Shown here: in pieces, positions 55,497 through 58,589 of the stretch | Position numbering within the stretch: position 1 is the stretch's first letter | Layout: each line of letters begins with the position of its first letter | DNA from: Thermovirgaceae bacterium | Lineage (GTDB): Bacteria > Synergistota > Synergistia > Synergistales > Thermovirgaceae | NCBI GenBank assembly: GCA_040767805.1 | Contig: JAXGNU010000009.1 | Span: 1-58,589 of the forward strand | Direction: 5' to 3' | DNA length: 58,589 nt | The notes under the pieces: generated by a model | The model's database searches: none | What the model was told of the DNA's origin: nothing | The model's input: only the letters and a program-made list of their open reading frames with translations | Position numbers and translations under genes: made by a program

Positions 55497-55864
55497 GGTT
55501 CGATGATCCCCACGGTGATGTCCCGGAAGATCTCCAGCGCGGGCTTCCCGTCGGGCCCGACGGTGATGGCGGCGATATCTATCCTCCAGGGGCCTTCCCA
55601 GCCGATGCGGTCCATGTAGGCCGTGCCGGTCCTGACAAGTTTACGGATCTTCGAGGGGCCGACCGTCGCCTCCGGGGGGAGCATCCTCCCGATGGTCCTC
55701 GTCCTGACCTCCACGACGACCATCTCGCCGTCCTCTTCGGCGATTATGTCCAGTTCCCCCATCCTCATCCGGACGTTGGCGTCGACAAGCCTGTAGCCAA
55801 GCCGTGAAAGCTCCCTGGCCGCGAGAGCCTCCCCCGCGGCGCCGAGTTCGATATGCTTTGCCAT
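55493..55864 (-). CDS. yraN: YraN (UPF0102) family predicted nuclease
   Basis: LGAAGEALAA, GELDIIA, VVEVRTR, WRIDIAAI. Confidence 0.92.
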   Translation of the reverse strand: MAKHIELGAAGEALAARELSRLGYRLVDANVRMRMGELDIIAEEDGEMVVVEVRTRTIGRMLPPEATVGPSKIRKLVRTGTAYMDRIGWEGPWRIDIAAITVGPDGKPALEIFRDITVGIIEP

Positions 55865-55928
55865 CTCATCCCCTCCGACCTTACGGGTACCGCCCCCCGG
55901 GCGGCGTTGTGAAGTGGCGCGGTTTACG

Positions 55929-56498
55929 CTAGGACCAGCCCCTTACGTGGTAACTCTTCCGGTGGACCCCGCAAGGGCCCTCGAGGCGAAGGGCCTCCAC
56001 GTGCTCCCGCGTGGCGTAACCCTTGTGGCGGAGGAACCCGTAGCACGGGAAGAGCCTGTCCAGGGACCCCATGACCCGGTCCCTCAGGACCTTGGCTACC
56101 ACCGAGGCGGCGGCCACCGACGGGACGAACTCGTCGGCCCGGGTGAGGGCTCTCTGAGGGATGCCGAGCCCCGGGATGGGGGTTAGGCCATCGACGATCA
56201 CCAGGCCGGGCTTCACCGAAAGGCGGGTCACGCTCCGGTTCATCGCCCACAGGGTGGCCGCCAGGATGTTGTCCCTGTCGATACGGCGGTGCGAGGCGGC
56301 CTGGGCTCGCCAGGCGACGCCCATACGGCATATTTCAGCGAAGATCGCCACCCTGGAGGCCGCCGACAGGGCCTTCGAGTCCCTCAAACCCATCGATAAC
56401 AGACGGACGGCCTCATCCCTGCCCAGGACGACGGCGGCCGCCACGACGGGCCCGGCCAGGGGGCCCCGGCCCGCTTCGTCGACACCCGCCACTATCAC
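55929..56498 (-). CDS. rnhB: ribonuclease HII
   Basis: AGVDEAGRGPLAGPVVAAAV, LRDSK, VAAASVVAKVLRD, HKGYAT, HRKSY. Confidence 0.97.
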   Translation of the reverse strand: MIVAGVDEAGRGPLAGPVVAAAVVLGRDEAVRLLSMGLRDSKALSAASRVAIFAEICRMGVAWRAQAASHRRIDRDNILAATLWAMNRSVTRLSVKPGLVIVDGLTPIPGLGIPQRALTRADEFVPSVAAASVVAKVLRDRVMGSLDRLFPCYGFLRHKGYATREHVEALRLEGPCGVHRKSYHVRGWS

Positions 56499-57334
56499 GG
56501 CCCCGCCTCCCAGGGCGGCGGGTCGCCCGGTCCCTCGAGGGTGAACCTCCCGAGCCTTCCCGTGGAGAAGGCTTCGATAAAGCGCTTCCCGGCGAGGTCC
56601 ATGTTAACCTCGCCCCCTTTCACGAGGCAGCCCAACCTCAGCCCCACCCTCCGGAGGGTGCCCGAGGGGGTTTCTTCCTGCGGCTCCAGGTCCCACGAGG
56701 CCAGGGCCCGTTCAAGCTTCGACGACTTCCTTAAGAAATCAATCAGACCCTCGGCCAGGTCCTCGTAGCCGCCTATCACGTCGCTCCTACTGCTCCCCAG
56801 CCAGGCCAGCCTTCGGTGGACCTCCCTGTGGGAGGCGGGGTCCAGGATGCCCGGCGAATCAACCACGAGGAGCCCCTTCCCCTTGTACCAGGCGACCCCT
56901 CGGGTGACCCCGGGGATCCCGCCGACAGGGGCGGAGCTCTTGCCGACGACGGCGTTGAGAAGCATCGACTTGCCGACGTTGGGGATCCCTATCACCGCCA
57001 GCCGCAGTTCCCTGTAGGCGGGTTTCAGCCTGGCGGCGGCCCTGAGGAGGGGCGACACGTTTCCCCTCCTCAGGTCCATCGCCCAGGCCTGGCTCCCCTG
57101 CCCGCGGAAAAAGGAAAGCCACCTCGCGGTGGCTTCTTCGGCGGCCAGGTCCACTTTGGACAGGACGACCCACACCGGCCGGAACTTGGCCACCTGCCCG
57201 CTGAAGGGGGATCCCGTAAGAAAGGGAGCCCTGGCGTCCCGGACCTCCACGAAGAGGTCCAGCTTCTCCGAGAGCTCCCTGAGTTTCCTCAACCCCCGGG
57301 CCATATGCCCCGGGTACCACACGGTCCTCGTCAT
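56495..57334 (-). CDS. rbgA: ribosome biogenesis GTPase RbgA/YlqF
   Basis: WYPGHM, EVRDARAP, SKVDL, GIPNVGKS, PGVTR, DSPG (circularly permuted GTPase), GRLGRFTLE. Confidence 0.94.
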   Translation of the reverse strand: MTRTVWYPGHMARGLRKLRELSEKLDLFVEVRDARAPFLTGSPFSGQVAKFRPVWVVLSKVDLAAEEATARWLSFFRGQGSQAWAMDLRRGNVSPLLRAAARLKPAYRELRLAVIGIPNVGKSMLLNAVVGKSSAPVGGIPGVTRGVAWYKGKGLLVVDSPGILDPASHREVHRRLAWLGSSRSDVIGGYEDLAEGLIDFLRKSSKLERALASWDLEPQEETPSGTLRRVGLRLGCLVKGGEVNMDLAGKRFIEAFSTGRLGRFTLEGPGDPPPWEAGP

Positions 57335-57849
57335 TCCTTGTAAAGCCCCCCGATCCTGGGTATGGGCCAGTAGCGGATAAAGGCGGGGCCCTTGATGTTC
57401 GCCTCCGGGACAAAACCCCAGAAACGGCTGTCCTGGGAGTGGGGCCGGTTGTCCCCCATCATGAAGTAGTGCCCCTCGGGCACCTTCAAGGGTCCAAAGC
57501 TCAGGTTGTCGTGATTCTTCACGTAGGGCTCCTGGAGGGGTTCACCGTCGATCATCACCGTGCCCTCGACGATCTCCACGGTCTCCCCCGGCAGGCCTAT
57601 CAACCTCTTTACGAAATCCCTCTTCGGATCCAGGGGATACTTGAAGACGATGATCTGCCCCCGCTTCGGCTCCGCGAAGGAGTACCAGAACTTGGCCACG
57701 AAGACCCTGTCCCGGGGCAGGAGGGTCGGGATCATGGAGCCGCTGGGGATCCAGAACGCCTGTATCACCAGCGCCCTCAGCACCAATGCCAGCACCAGCG
57801 CCCAAAGGATGGTCTCTATCGTCTCTCGCCACCACGGTTTCGCCGCCAA
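57331..57849 (-). CDS. lepB: signal peptidase I
   Basis: FWIPSGSMIPTL, FVKRLIGLPGE, MMGDNRPHSQDSRFWG; probable TTG start 57849. Confidence 0.96.
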   Translation of the reverse strand: MAAKPWWRETIETILWALVLALVLRALVIQAFWIPSGSMIPTLLPRDRVFVAKFWYSFAEPKRGQIIVFKYPLDPKRDFVKRLIGLPGETVEIVEGTVMIDGEPLQEPYVKNHDNLSFGPLKVPEGHYFMMGDNRPHSQDSRFWGFVPEANIKGPAFIRYWPIPRIGGLYKE

Positions 57850-57888
57850 TACAAAGCCCCCCAAATCAAAAGTACCCCCCGCCGGGCC

Positions 57889-58428
57889 TCAAGGCAACTC
57901 CGTGAGCCTCACGGAGCAATAGCCCGACACGGCTATTTCCGCGACCTTCTTCTTTCCTGGGGTGTAGATATACAGGGTGAAAGCCGGGGTCATCGTATGC
58001 CACGTTGGAGTATAACACTTGGGCTGCGCCACGGTCGACTTGAAGTAAACGAGGCACCTGTCCTTCGTCTGGTAACGCTCGTACTCCGAGGGGTTGTACC
58101 AATGGACCAGGAATTCCTTCCTGAAACCCGACAGGTACTGCACGTCGAAAGCCCTGCGGTGCAGGAGGGCCCTCATGAGGACCCTCTCGATGTGCCTGGT
58201 GAGGTTCCTGGCCTCGGCCCTGGCCGCCAGTTCGCTCCCGGCCCTCTGGGACAAAAGCCCCGTCACGACCGGGGAAAAGGCCAGGGACAGGGCCGCCATG
58301 AGGGAGAGCACCACGACGGCCTCCACCAGGGTGAAAGCTCTTCTTGACCGAGGGCTCCAAAAAGCGGGGAGCCCTTTTCCGGCCCCCCGCGACGGTCTTT
58401 CTATTTCGTCATCGATGGGTCCCAGCAT
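57889..58428 (-). CDS. prepilin-type N-terminal cleavage/methylation domain protein (pseudopilin)
   Basis: RSRRA|FTLVEAVVVLSLMAALSLAF class III signal; start uncertain. Confidence 0.7.
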   Translation of the reverse strand: MLGPIDDEIERPSRGAGKGLPAFWSPRSRRAFTLVEAVVVLSLMAALSLAFSPVVTGLLSQRAGSELAARAEARNLTRHIERVLMRALLHRRAFDVQYLSGFRKEFLVHWYNPSEYERYQTKDRCLVYFKSTVAQPKCYTPTWHTMTPAFTLYIYTPGKKKVAEIAVSGYCSVRLTELP

Positions 58429-58589
58429 AGCCCAGGTCCACCGCTTTGAGGTTGTCATCGACGAATTTCGATGGAGCCAGGGCCTTGACCGCTTCGCGCA
58501 CCTCTGCAATCGTCACGTCACCCACCCCGGCGCCGCAAAGAGCGCCCAGGATGAGGACGTTCAGGAAGAGGAAACGGCTCCCCATCTCG
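58409..58589 (-). CDS. 3' end of a 2-oxoacid:acceptor oxidoreductase gamma-subunit-like protein (partial)
   Basis: Manual translation EMGSRFLFLNVLILGALCGAGVGDVTIAEVREAVKALAPSKFVDDNLKAVDLGYAGTHR*. Confidence 0.75.
   Translation of the reverse strand, partial: EMGSRFLFLNVLILGALCGAGVGDVTIAEVREAVKALAPSKFVDDNLKAVDLGYAGTHR

Noticed and set aside
49917..55619. 542-aa and 559-aa plus-strand ORFs
   Set aside because: Antisense to trmFO/topA and comM; no protein-like features.

Overview
GC-rich bacterial chromosomal segment with almost every gene on the minus strand. Gene content (SLH/porin envelope protein, CodY, RbgA, the Bacillus-like topA-trmFO-xerC-hslVU-codY block, plus a full lipid A/Kdo pathway with LpxI and an LpxK fusion) points to a diderm Synergistota-type anaerobe; this taxonomy is an inference. 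Left to right: (1) an SLH-domain OmpM-like outer-membrane protein with a long (~345 nt) structured leader; (2) a lower-GC, scarred surface-polysaccharide region (wecD-like GNAT, wecE, rmlA, rmlB, a GT2 remnant, O-antigen ligase, GT4, ELM1-like protein) containing a decayed IS5 into whose 3' end an intact IS21 (10919-13233, CCTGG target duplication) has inserted, and a ParB/Srx-like orphan gene; (3) a five-gene ADP-heptose cassette (gmhB-gmhA-hldD-hldE-GT9) bracketed by a 43-bp direct repeat that duplicates the 3' end of kdsB; (4) a tightly coupled outer-membrane biogenesis cluster (sigma factor, membrane protein, bamA, unknown exported protein, lpxD-lpxC-fabZ-lpxA-kdsC-lptF/G-lpxI-lpxB-lpxB-like-msbA-lpxK fusion-kdsA-kdsD-waaA-deoxyhypusine-synthase-like protein-kdsB); (5) three tRNAs, argH and housekeeping/competence genes. 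Highlights: the repeat-flanked, potentially excisable heptose module; a DHS-fold protein inside the Kdo operon; three LpxB-fold domains, one fused to LpxK; an apparent CTG start for waaA; and a CodY box upstream of the codY operon. No CRISPR or rRNA seen.
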